Positions 42,074-51,462 of a DNA stretch of 64,000 nucleotides are shown one piece after another (within the stretch, counting starts at the first letter, position 1; the number at the start of each line of letters is the position of its first letter). Under the pieces are notes generated by a model. The model did not search any database and was not told the origin of the DNA. It was given only the letters and a program-made list of their open reading frames with translations. The translations under genes and the position numbers were made by a program. Where the stretch lies: IMG/VR virus record IMGVR_UViG_3300033056_000008, positions 46,387-110,386 of that record; one strand, written 5' to 3'. Source of the DNA: a virus.

Positions 42074-42113
42074 AAACATACCGAAAATGTGTAAAGCAAA
42101 AATTGGTATGTTT
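42074..42113. repeat. Long-spacer inverted repeat, copy 2, over the repressor-operon promoter
   Basis: AAACATACC-N22-GGTATGTTT; straddles the -35 of TTTACA (42095-42090)-18-TATAAT (42071-42066) on the minus strand. Confidence 0.8.
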
Positions 42114-42229
42114 TACACAATAAATTATTATTGACACAATTTTTCTTACCAACTTATCCCTTCTTATCCTTTTCTCCACTATATAAACAACTCTTTACCT
42201 GCTTTATAATAGTATATGAGGTGTTTATA

Positions 42230-43057
42230 ATGTTTATTTCTCCTATGTTACTTCAAAAATCAGATCTTCCTTTTGATGATTCCTCATTTATAACGGAACT
42301 TAAATGTGACGGTATAAGACTAATATTGTCTAAATTCAACGGTAAAACTAAACTCTATACTCGTCATAATAATGAAGTAAGCTCACTCTTTCCTGAGTTA
42401 CTTAATTTAAACATACCGGATAATACTGCGATAGATGGTGAGATTATTGTTACTGATGACAAAGGCAAGCCGGACTTCGAGGCAATGATGGAAAGATTCC
42501 AATCTAAAAAGTCATTATATCAGATTTCCTATGTAGTATTTGATGTCATGTATTATAAGAATGAGAAAGTCACAAACAAACCTCTTCTAGAGCGTAAAGA
42601 AATATTAGATAAAATTATCCCTATAGATACTCCATTACTAAATAAAGTTCAATGGATACCTGGAAATGCAACACAATATTTTGAATTAGTTAAGCAGCAA
42701 GGATTAGAAGGTATTGTACAGAAGAAAGATAACTCCACTTATGAAATTAATAAGCGGTCACAAAGTTGGCTCAAAGTGATTAATTACCAATACGAAACTG
42801 TTAAGGTAACTGGTTTACGTAAAGATAAATTTGGAGTTATGTTAAACTTTGAGGACGGTAGATATGCCGGTGTATTAGAATTTATGCCTAAAGCAGAAAG
42901 AGCTAAGTTATACAGGAAGTATAAAGAGTTAATCACCAGTGAGAGTGATAAATTTATTTACTTAAATCCTCAATTATGGATAAAAGTAAAATTTCGAAAT
43001 CTAACTAAAAAGAATTTATTGAGAATACCATCCTTTGTTGAATGGGTTAAGGAATAA
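42230..43057 (+). CDS. ATP-dependent DNA ligase (LigB/YoqV-like)
   Basis: ISPML, ELKCDGIR (KxDG), IDGEII, VVFDVM, GLEGIVQK, WLKV, LRIPSF. Confidence 0.9.
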   Translation: MFISPMLLQKSDLPFDDSSFITELKCDGIRLILSKFNGKTKLYTRHNNEVSSLFPELLNLNIPDNTAIDGEIIVTDDKGKPDFEAMMERFQSKKSLYQISYVVFDVMYYKNEKVTNKPLLERKEILDKIIPIDTPLLNKVQWIPGNATQYFELVKQQGLEGIVQKKDNSTYEINKRSQSWLKVINYQYETVKVTGLRKDKFGVMLNFEDGRYAGVLEFMPKAERAKLYRKYKELITSESDKFIYLNPQLWIKVKFRNLTKKNLLRIPSFVEWVKE

Positions 43058-43137
43058 TTACATTAAAAAAGAATATATTGTTAATGTGGTTTGAGCCTCC
43101 ACGGTTCATAAATAACCTTCTGTAGAGATGGTTTTTG

Positions 43138-43166
43138 AAAGACCTATTTTTAGGTCTTTTTTTTGT
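43138..43166 (+). terminator. Rho-independent terminator after the ligase
   Basis: AAAGACCTA-TTTT-TAGGTCTTT followed by a T run. Confidence 0.75.
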
Positions 43167-43384
43167 ATACTCTGTTTAAAATTGGATAATATAACTTATG
43201 TACTATTACCCTTAGTAGTACTACACAAAGCGATAGAACCCTATGAGCTCACTCATTCCATAGGGTTCTTCATTATAAAATATAGGTTTTATTATGCATA
43301 CTATTTAAGAAATTGGTCAAAATAATTGTATTAACTCTTCAAATTGCTCCGAAGTTGTTAATAATACAAAACACTGATGAAGAT

Positions 43385-43419
43385 AAGAAAAACCCTATCT
43401 TTTTAGACGGGGTTTTCTT
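43385..43419 (-). terminator. Terminator of the converging minus-strand operon
   Basis: AAGAAAAACCC...GGGTTTTCTT. Confidence 0.6.
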
Positions 43420-43549
43420 TGATTTATTTATACTCTTTATCTTTTTTGTCCTTTATTTTCTTCAATGAACACTTAACTATTTGCTGAATTTGCTTCATGT
43501 ACGGTAATTTATTTCGGTGTATCTCTTTCAATATGTTCATAAAACACCT

Positions 43550-43735
43550 CTATCTAGAGAATATAAAATAAGCGAAGTATGTATTATCTAAACTAATCCC
43601 TATTAATAACGCAGATAGCCAGTAATCCTTCATTGTTAAATTCATATGTATTTGCTTTCCTACTTTATTAAGTATCGTGTAGCAAGCTCCTTGTAACTCT
43701 AAAACTCCAGCGATAAACAGTATTATAAATGTCAC
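43550..43735 (-). CDS. Small membrane protein
   Basis: Two hydrophobic segments. Confidence 0.55.
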   Translation of the reverse strand: MTFIILFIAGVLELQGACYTILNKVGKQIHMNLTMKDYWLSALLIGISLDNTYFAYFIFSR

Positions 43736-43740
43736 TTATT

Positions 43741-43923
43741 TCACTCCCAATCACCAAGATCAAAACATCCACGTTGTACCATCTCTTTGATTGTCTTCAC
43801 TTCATTGTAATGCCCCAATTTATTACTCATTCCTCCACCAAAGTCCCTCACAATCTCATCGTTTAAAGCAGTCATCCTTCTTTCAGCCCACTCAATAAAT
43901 GTTTTCTTATCAATTAAATTCAT
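43741..43923 (-). CDS. Hypothetical phage protein
   Basis: AAGGAG RBS. Confidence 0.6.
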   Translation of the reverse strand: MNLIDKKTFIEWAERRMTALNDEIVRDFGGGMSNKLGHYNEVKTIKEMVQRGCFDLGDWE

Positions 43924-43926
43924 TAT

Positions 43927-44196
43927 TTAACTCCTTTTCTTATTAATTAAATTATCGTACATGTACATCGGTAACCAAGTAACAGCGAAAGCCAGATACA
44001 CAAAGATAATCGTCAACCTGCCTTGCATCCCGTTATTCAAATTGAAATAGGCTGTCTCAACTGTTTTCTTGGTTTCCTTGTCAAAATGCCAATTACGTTC
44101 CTGAGCCTTGAATATCCAGTTAACAGCAGAATGTGCCATTATTAATCCTGTGACCACATAAGCTGCTATGATTAAAGTTATAATAACACTTTCCAA
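43927..44196 (-). CDS. Small membrane protein
   Basis: Two hydrophobic helices; GAGGTG RBS. Confidence 0.6.
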   Translation of the reverse strand: MESVIITLIIAAYVVTGLIMAHSAVNWIFKAQERNWHFDKETKKTVETAYFNLNNGMQGRLTIIFVYLAFAVTWLPMYMYDNLINKKRS

Positions 44197-44239
44197 TTCA
44201 CACCTCTTAAATAATTTATTTTACAATATGAACATTCTT

Positions 44240-44596
44240 TTATTTAGTAATTAACCACGATACATTTAATACCTTTCTTTTCGCAAGGTCGATCATATGT
44301 TTTGTTCCTCTACTTTTACCATCCCAAAAGCAAACACAACCATCTGAATAATCTGCCATTTCAGCATTCCTTCTATATCCGGCACTCTTTCCGAAAGTAT
44401 CCCAATCAGCAGGTTTTCTATGAATACCTAAATTGTTTTCCTTTGCGTACCTCTCTCCTAATGTATCTGCACCTTTAGCTGTTCCAGACACTATTTCAAC
44501 ATTAGGTAACTTATTTTGTAGTATGTAATCTAATTTATTTTTCAGTAACTCATAATCATTGAAATACCTACCTCCAGCAACTATAACTTTGAACAT
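44240..44596 (-). CDS. SLOG family protein (YspA/DUF2493-like)
   Basis: VIVAGGR.FNDY, VSGTAKGAD, AGYRRNAEMA, FWDGKSRGTKHM. Confidence 0.88.
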   Translation of the reverse strand: MFKVIVAGGRYFNDYELLKNKLDYILQNKLPNVEIVSGTAKGADTLGERYAKENNLGIHRKPADWDTFGKSAGYRRNAEMADYSDGCVCFWDGKSRGTKHMIDLAKRKVLNVSWLITK

Positions 44597-44937
44597 TACT
44601 TATTCACCTCATCTAAAGTTTTCTGTGCAATCGCAGCATATAAAGTATTCTTGTGATCCGCAACCTGTTCTAAGCCTTGTTTATAATGATTCACTTGCTC
44701 TTTAAGTTCCATTACCATCAGATATATTCCTTCAGGTTTAGATATTGCATACTCAGATGTACCTTCTTTAAATTCTACATCACTTAAATCTTCTCTAATC
44801 TTAATCAACCATTTGGAATCTTCCATAGCATCTTTACACTCTTGCTGTAACATTCTTAAATCTCTATCAAACTCTTTAATAGTTACATTGCTCCATTTTC
44901 TTGGTTTTCTCCTCAATATCTGCTCTATCTTTTCCAT
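44596..44937 (-). CDS. Hypothetical phage protein
   Basis: GAGGTG RBS. Confidence 0.65.
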   Translation of the reverse strand: MEKIEQILRRKPRKWSNVTIKEFDRDLRMLQQECKDAMEDSKWLIKIREDLSDVEFKEGTSEYAISKPEGIYLMVMELKEQVNHYKQGLEQVADHKNTLYAAIAQKTLDEVNK

Positions 44938-45116
44938 TTTGCCACCTCGTTCAATGCTTGTTGAGCCTCGTCACCATATGGAGTCCCAGTTTCTCTTGCT
45001 ATACTTTCTAAACTAGAAATACATATTTCTAGCTTCCTATTTAATACTGCTATTTCTTCTTCAGTTGATCGCCAATTAGATTTCCCCCAATTACTCATTC
45101 TTACTTCCTCCTTTCA

Positions 45117-45308
45117 TTAGTTTTGATATAGTCTCTTATGTGCCTCGATAGCTAATTCAGTATTACTCACTGCAGCCCATCCTTCACATTGTTCATATTC
45201 ACAATTACATTCCATAGTTACATTGTATTTATCATATTCTTCCTTGGTAATCCCGCTTCTTCTTATGTATCCTTCTTCAAATTCTTGTTTAGTTAGTTTG
45301 TTTTTCAT
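45117..45308 (-). CDS. Small phage protein
   Basis: ATG 45308 behind AAAGGAG; CxC...CEGW. Confidence 0.6.
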   Translation of the reverse strand: MKNKLTKQEFEEGYIRRSGITKEEYDKYNVTMECNCEYEQCEGWAAVSNTELAIEAHKRLYQN

Positions 45309-45333
45309 AAAACTCTCCTTTAAAATCGGTCTT

Positions 45334-45549
45334 TTAATGAAAATCACAACAGCAATTGTTATCAAAGTGCTTTAACTTATCGTCAATTAGCTTCAATAAT
45401 TTCTCTTTATTTAATTCTAAGAATTTATTATATTCGTCGCTGTATTGAGAAATAACATCTGGGTTTACCAAGTCATAATGCACATTATTTCCTTCCTCTA
45501 AGCAATACCATTTACGTCCTTTTGAATCAATTGAAAATACAATACTCAT
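45334..45549 (-). CDS. Small phage protein
   Basis: ATG 45549 behind AGGAGG. Confidence 0.55.
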   Translation of the reverse strand: MSIVFSIDSKGRKWYCLEEGNNVHYDLVNPDVISQYSDEYNKFLELNKEKLLKLIDDKLKHFDNNCCCDFH

Positions 45550-45591
45550 AATAATAATCCTCCTATTAATATAATTTATTTTGCTCAAAAG

Positions 45592-46005
45592 TTACTTTTT
45601 ATCCAACAACTCTGGATTCTCGAATATATTACCAATCTTTCTAACGCTGACGCTGAATAAATCTAAATTTACAAATGGTGTTGAGTACATAGAAAAAGGT
45701 GTTTTAGTATCATAATCTAAATTTCTAATTGCAAATCTAAATTTATCCCACTCAATTACACCCTTATATGTAGGTACAGTCTCTACTAACATAGGAGTAA
45801 AATAACAAATATCTCCTGAGTATAACTCTTTATTTTCGTTATCATATGTTCCAGTAAACTCAGTAATTGAGTATGTAGCATGATGACCTTCAGCTACTCC
45901 ATTAACAACTTCATGTATACCTTCCTCTTCAAAGAAATATAAATCATCAATATAGTGCATTTCTTTTCGTTTCGTATCCCAGGCTCTTACCTTTAATGTT
46001 TTCAT
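45592..46005 (-). CDS. YopX family protein
   Basis: KVRAWD...TEFTG..D....ELYSGDI...IGNIFENPELL. Confidence 0.88.
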   Translation of the reverse strand: MKTLKVRAWDTKRKEMHYIDDLYFFEEEGIHEVVNGVAEGHHATYSITEFTGTYDNENKELYSGDICYFTPMLVETVPTYKGVIEWDKFRFAIRNLDYDTKTPFSMYSTPFVNLDLFSVSVRKIGNIFENPELLDKK

Positions 46006-46399
46006 TTGCTACCTCCAATTCTTTAATATAAGGATCATTTTATTGGATTTCATTATTTTTTAAAATTTCATGCATTTCATTGAAGAATAAACTAAGTTCT
46101 AGACAGTTTTCTACAGACAATGAATGAGAAAAATATTTATCACCTAAGAAGTTTCTCCTGTGAGCACCGTGTCCTAAACCTACTATGTATACTTTATCCA
46201 TTTAATTTTCCTCCTTGTCTAATTTTACCTTTTACAACAATTTCAACATTTTTGTCTAACTTAACATCTGTTCTCAATCGTCTAAAATCCCACTTTGCAT
46301 CAAACTCACAAGTTGCTGGAATTTTAACAATGTCTTTCTCATTAACTACGAATACATACATATTCATTAAGTTTAACTCTTCTAAAATAAATGTTTTAT

Positions 46400-46615
46400 T
46401 TAGCTTCTAGAAATCCTTTTAAATATCCCTATGTTATTTACTTGTGAAGCCAATGACTCCGCAATTTTCAAACGAGATTCATATTGCCTACAGGGTAAGC
46501 TATTATTCTTAGAGAACTCTAGTAAACTCTTTTTATCAGAATTAATCATAATACTAGTAACTACACTAGCCTCTTCTTTTAATAAGTCATCTAGTTTAAA
46601 ATCTAATAATTCCAT
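46400..46615 (-). CDS. Hypothetical phage protein
   Basis: AAAGGAG RBS. Confidence 0.6.
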   Translation of the reverse strand: MELLDFKLDDLLKEEASVVTSIMINSDKKSLLEFSKNNSLPCRQYESRLKIAESLASQVNNIGIFKRISRS

Positions 46616-46647
46616 TTACCTGTCTCCTTTACTTTAAAACTGATATT

Positions 46648-47067
46648 TTATATAATCAGTTCAATTAATTCTCTAATGCACTTCTTTTCAGTTAACGACA
46701 AGTTATTCCCTTCAATCATTCCGTTGCGAAATAAAATCCTCTCAATTTTAATTTCTAATAAGTCATCAGTTAATTTATAGTTAAATCCTTTAATCGTTTG
46801 AGTTGCAACTTGTTCAACTAAATCAAGGATGTGTAACTCCTCATCTAGATTATCGCAATCAATTGTAATAGACATGTTAGCAAACAATGCGATCTTATGC
46901 TCTCCAAATTGACCTAGAAAGAAGTTGTTTTCTTCCTCAATAACATTAAATATATCTTTCAAACTTGTGAAAATAGGCTTGTAATCAACTGCAAAATACA
47001 TACCTTTTGGAAAATAAGTGTTCATTTTACAACTCCTCCAGTAATTTATTTTCATAATTAATAGCAA
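46648..47067 (-). CDS. Hypothetical phage protein
   Basis: Likely start ATG near 47025 behind GGAG. Confidence 0.6.
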   Translation of the reverse strand: MLLIMKINYWRSCKMNTYFPKGMYFAVDYKPIFTSLKDIFNVIEEENNFFLGQFGEHKIALFANMSITIDCDNLDEELHILDLVEQVATQTIKGFNYKLTDDLLEIKIERILFRNGMIEGNNLSLTEKKCIRELIELII

Positions 47068-47329
47068 ATCTCAAAATAATTTGTGGGATATCATAAATCC
47101 CTACATTATTTTGTGTACTGACATCTTTAGGATTTTCTTTAACTTTAATTGTCAGCATTGCTCTGCCGTCTCTATAACTCATAATTGTAACCATGTAAGT
47201 GTTCTTTAAGCTAATACCCATATATTTGCCTTCGGTTTCAAACTCTATTTTAAATTTACCTAACTGAATCAGTTCAGTATGCAAGTATTTATGGAGTTCA
47301 CTTATAAAAGTATGTGTCCTCTTACTCAA
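47027..47329 (-). CDS. Hypothetical phage protein
   Basis: GAGGTG RBS. Confidence 0.6.
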   Translation of the reverse strand: MSKRTHTFISELHKYLHTELIQLGKFKIEFETEGKYMGISLKNTYMVTIMSYRDGRAMLTIKVKENPKDVSTQNNVGIYDIPQIILRFAINYENKLLEEL

Positions 47330-47376
47330 ATTTTCACCTCATATCACTATAAATCTAATCTTTTATGACAATTTAT

Positions 47377-47568
47377 CTAATAAAGGTAACCTATACTTCC
47401 TTGTACTTGTGACTGTGTAACTTCCTTAATGGACGTTCCTTTAGCAAAGTACTTACCAATATTCTTCCTTGCTTCAACTTGGTCATTTGCCCAAATACCA
47501 ACATAATTAGTTCCGTGTAAGTATTCCCTAGCAGCAGTTCCTTCTACAAAGTACAAATAATAATTCAC
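47377..47568 (-). CDS. Small phage protein coupled to the CCA gene
   Basis: Start overlaps the CCA stop. Confidence 0.6.
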   Translation of the reverse strand: MNYYLYFVEGTAAREYLHGTNYVGIWANDQVEARKNIGKYFAKGTSIKEVTQSQVQGSIGYLY

Positions 47569-48833
47569 TTAATACCCATCTCCTTTTTCATTTGCTTAAC
47601 AATAGCAGCTTGCCTTCTTCTCTTATCATCTCTTGCTCTAATGCCTTCAAATTCTTTATTACCCTTTACTTTTACAATCTCTTCTCCAGCTCTCAGAGCA
47701 AATTCATAATAAGGATGTTCTTTAGTCGGATCACCTTTCCCTCTAGTGTCTGCTAACCCAATTGCTGCAAAACCATCTAGCCCAATAGGATTCTTATGTG
47801 CTTTCATCAGTAAATCAGATACTTTAATATCTCTTATTTCACCAATTCTATGAAACTTGCCATGGTACTCAGTCGCAAATAATGCAGTATCTTTCCACTT
47901 GTTCGGTACTCCTAATGCTTCAGATAGCTCTTTAACTAATGGAACACCTTCATCCTCATGACCATGGTGATTAGGTAATAATTCCTTTGGTGTTACAGCC
48001 TTACCTAAATCATGAACTAAAGCAGAATAAAGTAACTCAACTCGATCAGTAAGCTTACTCATAGCCACTAATACCTGCATCGTGTGCTCAAACGCATCTC
48101 CTTCTGGATGATACTTTTCAGGCTGTGTAACTCCGAATAAATCAGACACTTGTTTAAAGTGTATCTGTAATATCCCTAACTCCTGCAGCAATCTAAAAAA
48201 CTTATCAGGATTCTCTGCAGTTAATGCCTTTTCTAATTCTTTAACGACTCTTTCCTTATGTATTAAATGTAACTCTTCTGATGCCTTAATCATCATTTCC
48301 TTTGTTCTTTCCTCTACATTAAACCCTGTTATCGCAGCTCTAACTGCTATTCTGTATACTCTCAAAGGATCTTCGTAAAATGCTTCAGAGGTTGCTTTGA
48401 TTATTCGATTCTTAACATCAGCAATGCCACCGAATGGATCAATATATTTATCCTTTTCAATGTCATAAGCAATTGAATTAATTGTAATATCCCTACGCTC
48501 TAAATCTTCTTCTATAGTTACTGACTCATCTGAATTGAAGCTAAATCCATGATAACCTTTACCTGTTTTAACTTCTTTTCGAGCTAAAGAAACTTCTTGT
48601 GTCTCATCATCAATATTTAATAAAAACACATCAACTGTTTGTTTTCCCTTTTCACCGATTACTTGTTTAGCCTGTGGAAACACAGCTAGAAACTTCTCCC
48701 TATTAAATCCAGTGACACAGTAGTCCTTGTCTTTGGGAGTCTTATCCATCAAAGTGTCACGAACCCATCCCCCGACAACGTACAGTTTTCCGCCATGATT
48801 AATTATTGTTTTAGAAAATGCCTTTTCATTCAT
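47565..48833 (-). CDS. cca: CCA-adding / poly(A) polymerase-family nucleotidyltransferase with HD domain
   Basis: VGGWVRD...DKDY, DLERRDITINSIA, EDPLRVYR, EHT...HDLGK. Confidence 0.9.
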   Translation of the reverse strand: MNEKAFSKTIINHGGKLYVVGGWVRDTLMDKTPKDKDYCVTGFNREKFLAVFPQAKQVIGEKGKQTVDVFLLNIDDETQEVSLARKEVKTGKGYHGFSFNSDESVTIEEDLERRDITINSIAYDIEKDKYIDPFGGIADVKNRIIKATSEAFYEDPLRVYRIAVRAAITGFNVEERTKEMMIKASEELHLIHKERVVKELEKALTAENPDKFFRLLQELGILQIHFKQVSDLFGVTQPEKYHPEGDAFEHTMQVLVAMSKLTDRVELLYSALVHDLGKAVTPKELLPNHHGHEDEGVPLVKELSEALGVPNKWKDTALFATEYHGKFHRIGEIRDIKVSDLLMKAHKNPIGLDGFAAIGLADTRGKGDPTKEHPYYEFALRAGEEIVKVKGNKEFEGIRARDDKRRRQAAIVKQMKKEMGIK

Positions 48834-49568
48834 TTAATCACCTAATTCATTTTTAATTTGTTCCCTGACGTATTTCCTTACAACTCCATCAACGTACTGT
48901 TTCATCCCAATATCAGACTCTTTATCTTTATATCTGTCTTTAAATCCTTCGATAATGGATTTTTTCTGTAAAAGTCTGTTCTCAGGTTCATGAATATTAC
49001 CTTTTCTAAAATTGAATAGGATATCTCTATAATCGTCTTGTTCATGATAATAAATCGCATTTTGAAAACTATTAAAATCTGAGTGCTGGTATCTGTATAA
49101 AAAGTCTAGAATTCTAAAAGCAGACATAGCGTGTTTATTAACTTTCTTGATTAATTCAGAGTTAGTTTGATCTTGTTCTAAACGTTTATTGTCTCGCTGG
49201 TAATCCTTATATTTTTGATAGAACATTCCCATACACGCGTCATACAAGTAAGGTAAATTCATTCTAGCGATTCCTTCTCTTTTATCAATGAGCTCTTTAT
49301 AAAGACCATCAGATGTATTTACCTGTTGTGAGAACAATACTTCAATGAAATTCACATTACTTTTCCATAGCATGTCGGGTAGTTTTCTAATATCATGAAA
49401 TGAAATATCTTCCTCTACACTTGTAGAAGCCTTCGAGCTTTTATCCCCTGAATATAAGTCTTCAAATGTAGGGTAATAAAACACCTTATAATCCAAATCT
49501 GAATCTGCAGTGTTTAAGTTATAATTATGACTTCCTGTAAGTACCTTAAACGATTGTTTTCTCTCCAT
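48834..49568 (-). CDS. Pol-beta superfamily nucleotidyltransferase (RlaP/YcgL-like)
   Basis: GSHNYNLNTADSDLDY, HDIRK...LWKSNVNFIEVLFS; its TAA abuts the CCA ATG. Confidence 0.82.
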   Translation of the reverse strand: MERKQSFKVLTGSHNYNLNTADSDLDYKVFYYPTFEDLYSGDKSSKASTSVEEDISFHDIRKLPDMLWKSNVNFIEVLFSQQVNTSDGLYKELIDKREGIARMNLPYLYDACMGMFYQKYKDYQRDNKRLEQDQTNSELIKKVNKHAMSAFRILDFLYRYQHSDFNSFQNAIYYHEQDDYRDILFNFRKGNIHEPENRLLQKKSIIEGFKDRYKDKESDIGMKQYVDGVVRKYVREQIKNELGD

Positions 49569-49602
49569 ATAATCCTCCCTTATTGTCCATTATTCTATAA
49601 TT

Positions 49603-50058
49603 TTACTGGAAAAACGTAAATGACTTCAGAACAATTCTTCCTTCATCATCTACCCTTACTAAAACATCATCATTTTTACGCAGCAAATTCTTATCTATAA
49701 TGCTACCTGGTAGATGAATAGTATTATCGGATACCATCTTTACAGAGTTTCTAGCCTTGTAATTGGGATCTAGTATTAACTCTTTATTAATAACATGTGC
49801 TCTTAATGCAAAGTAATCACCATATGACAAACCTAACTGCGTTACAATTAACTTAGGAATTCTCACTTTAACTACATAACTGCCACTTACAGCCATAATT
49901 TTCGCCTTATGTATTGAATAACCCTCAACTATGTATTCATATATCTCTTGTAAACTCTCATACTTAAATGCACGTAAACTATGTTCTGACCACTTCGTTC
50001 TATTTTGTATAAGTTGAACTAATTGATCCCTTTCTAATTTAGTTTTAACTTCTGTCAT
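49603..50058 (-). CDS. Protein with tandem AbrB/MazE-like swapped-hairpin domains
   Basis: VRIPKLIVTQLGLSYGD and IHLPGSIIDKNLLRKNDDVLVRVDDEGRIVLK. Confidence 0.65.
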   Translation of the reverse strand: MTEVKTKLERDQLVQLIQNRTKWSEHSLRAFKYESLQEIYEYIVEGYSIHKAKIMAVSGSYVVKVRIPKLIVTQLGLSYGDYFALRAHVINKELILDPNYKARNSVKMVSDNTIHLPGSIIDKNLLRKNDDVLVRVDDEGRIVLKSFTFFQ

Positions 50059-50386
50059 CCCGTTTGTTAACCTCCATTATTTAATTAATTTATTTAATTA
50101 ATTTTATTATTATGTAATAAAAGTTTGTGAATCTTCACCCGTTATAAACCTTGTTATATCAACGTTTCCAAACTTATTTCACAATCTAATTCAGCATAAA
50201 ATCATGGTTTTATTTAGTCTCGGTACTTAGCAATTCACAAATCCACTTATGAAATTCAATATCTTTTATAATCTTCCTTCTGCTTTCTGACTTTTTAGTG
50301 TAAAGAAGAATTTTTTCTAAATATTCTATTCTTTCTTTAGAAGTGTCATTTACGTATCTGAGAATTTCTATAGCAAGTCATCCTTT

Positions 50387-50647
50387 CTATTTCCAAAATT
50401 CATTCTTAAAATGATTCCTACCATAATCTTTTATTGCTTGCAGTTTCTCAATCATTTCATCAATGTCACAGATATGTATGTAATTAGTATTATAACCAGT
50501 TTCATCTTCACATGGCTTAATGCCGTTCCATCCAATTCTGTAGTCAATGCACCCATCCCACTTTAACGTAACTTCGGTAAAACCATATTCTTCATCTTCT
50601 ATAACTACATTATTACTTCCTTCATACACTTTAATTTGTTTGTACAA
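50387..50647 (-). CDS. Hypothetical phage protein
   Basis: GAGGT RBS. Confidence 0.65.
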   Translation of the reverse strand: MYKQIKVYEGSNNVVIEDEEYGFTEVTLKWDGCIDYRIGWNGIKPCEDETGYNTNYIHICDIDEMIEKLQAIKDYGRNHFKNEFWK

Positions 50648-50683
50648 CTACCTCACTCCCATCTCTATCCACTTTCCAAATAA

Positions 50684-51061
50684 TTAAATTAATTTTTTTA
50701 ATGTAAGTAGTACATTTAGACATTTTAAATAAATTTGCTGCCAAACTGTAAATTTAACACATGAACTCTCTTCTACTAATTTAATCTTATCTCTACTTTG
50801 AAATTCATCCCAATTTGGCTCTGGTGATATTAGAATTGGAACTGGACAATCAAAGTACCACTCTGATACTTGGTTACACAGTGTGCATTTATATGTAAGT
50901 AAATCTTCATCACTTACGAAACTGCCAGAACTAATTAAGTCCTTACGACATTTAGGACAATAACAATATGTAGACTGAATAACTTTCACCTTCTTTACAA
51001 TTTTAGATTCAAAGCAATAATGTTCTATAAACCTTAGTGATATTTCCAAACTCAATTTCAT
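50684..51061 (-). CDS. Zinc-ribbon protein
   Basis: CPKC...CTLC; start uncertain. Confidence 0.6.
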   Translation of the reverse strand: MKLSLEISLRFIEHYCFESKIVKKVKVIQSTYCYCPKCRKDLISSGSFVSDEDLLTYKCTLCNQVSEWYFDCPVPILISPEPNWDEFQSRDKIKLVEESSCVKFTVWQQIYLKCLNVLLTLKKLI

Positions 51062-51191
51062 CCAATTGTTTTTGTACGTGCTTCATGAAGCCTCCAACCA
51101 TACCTTCTATTTGAAGGATAGTAAAAGTCATATCAACTGTTTCACCTTCTTCATTATGAAATGTATAATTAATTTTAGTTTGATGTGTCAT
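51009..51191 (-). CDS. Small phage protein
   Basis: GGGAG RBS. Confidence 0.55.
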   Translation of the reverse strand: MTHQTKINYTFHNEEGETVDMTFTILQIEGMVGGFMKHVQKQLDEIEFGNITKVYRTLLL

Positions 51192-51393
51192 TTAACTCAC
51201 TCCCTTACATTCATTTAGCTTTAACAAATAGTTTATGAATTCTTTGTTCACAATGCTCTTCAGGATCTAAAATATATGACTGATGTTGTTCACTTGGAAT
51301 TCCTATAAATCTAAGACATCCATCTTTTAACTCACATTTATCATTACTACACATCATAATATCCATTAATTCCCCCTCCTCTCTATACACAAA

Positions 51394-51417
51394 AAGTGGA
51401 GTTATAACTCTCCACTT
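51394..51417. terminator. Hairpin
   Basis: AAGTGGAG-TTATAACT-CTCCACTT. Confidence 0.5.
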
Positions 51418-51433
51418 CTATTAACCTAACTAT

Positions 51434-51462
51434 ATTATATTAATTTATTTTTAATTAATCAA
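51434..51462 (-). promoter_or_regulatory. Sigma-A promoter with AAAATAAATTAA in the spacer
   Basis: TTGATT (51462-51457), 17 nt, TATAAT (51439-51434). Confidence 0.75.

Noticed and set aside
46090-46195. Possible riboswitch or structured RNA in a relatively GC-rich intergenic gap
   Set aside because: Only short, wobble-rich stems (AGGTTT/AAACTT, CTC/GAG) and no recognisable aptamer consensus. An Infernal search would be needed.
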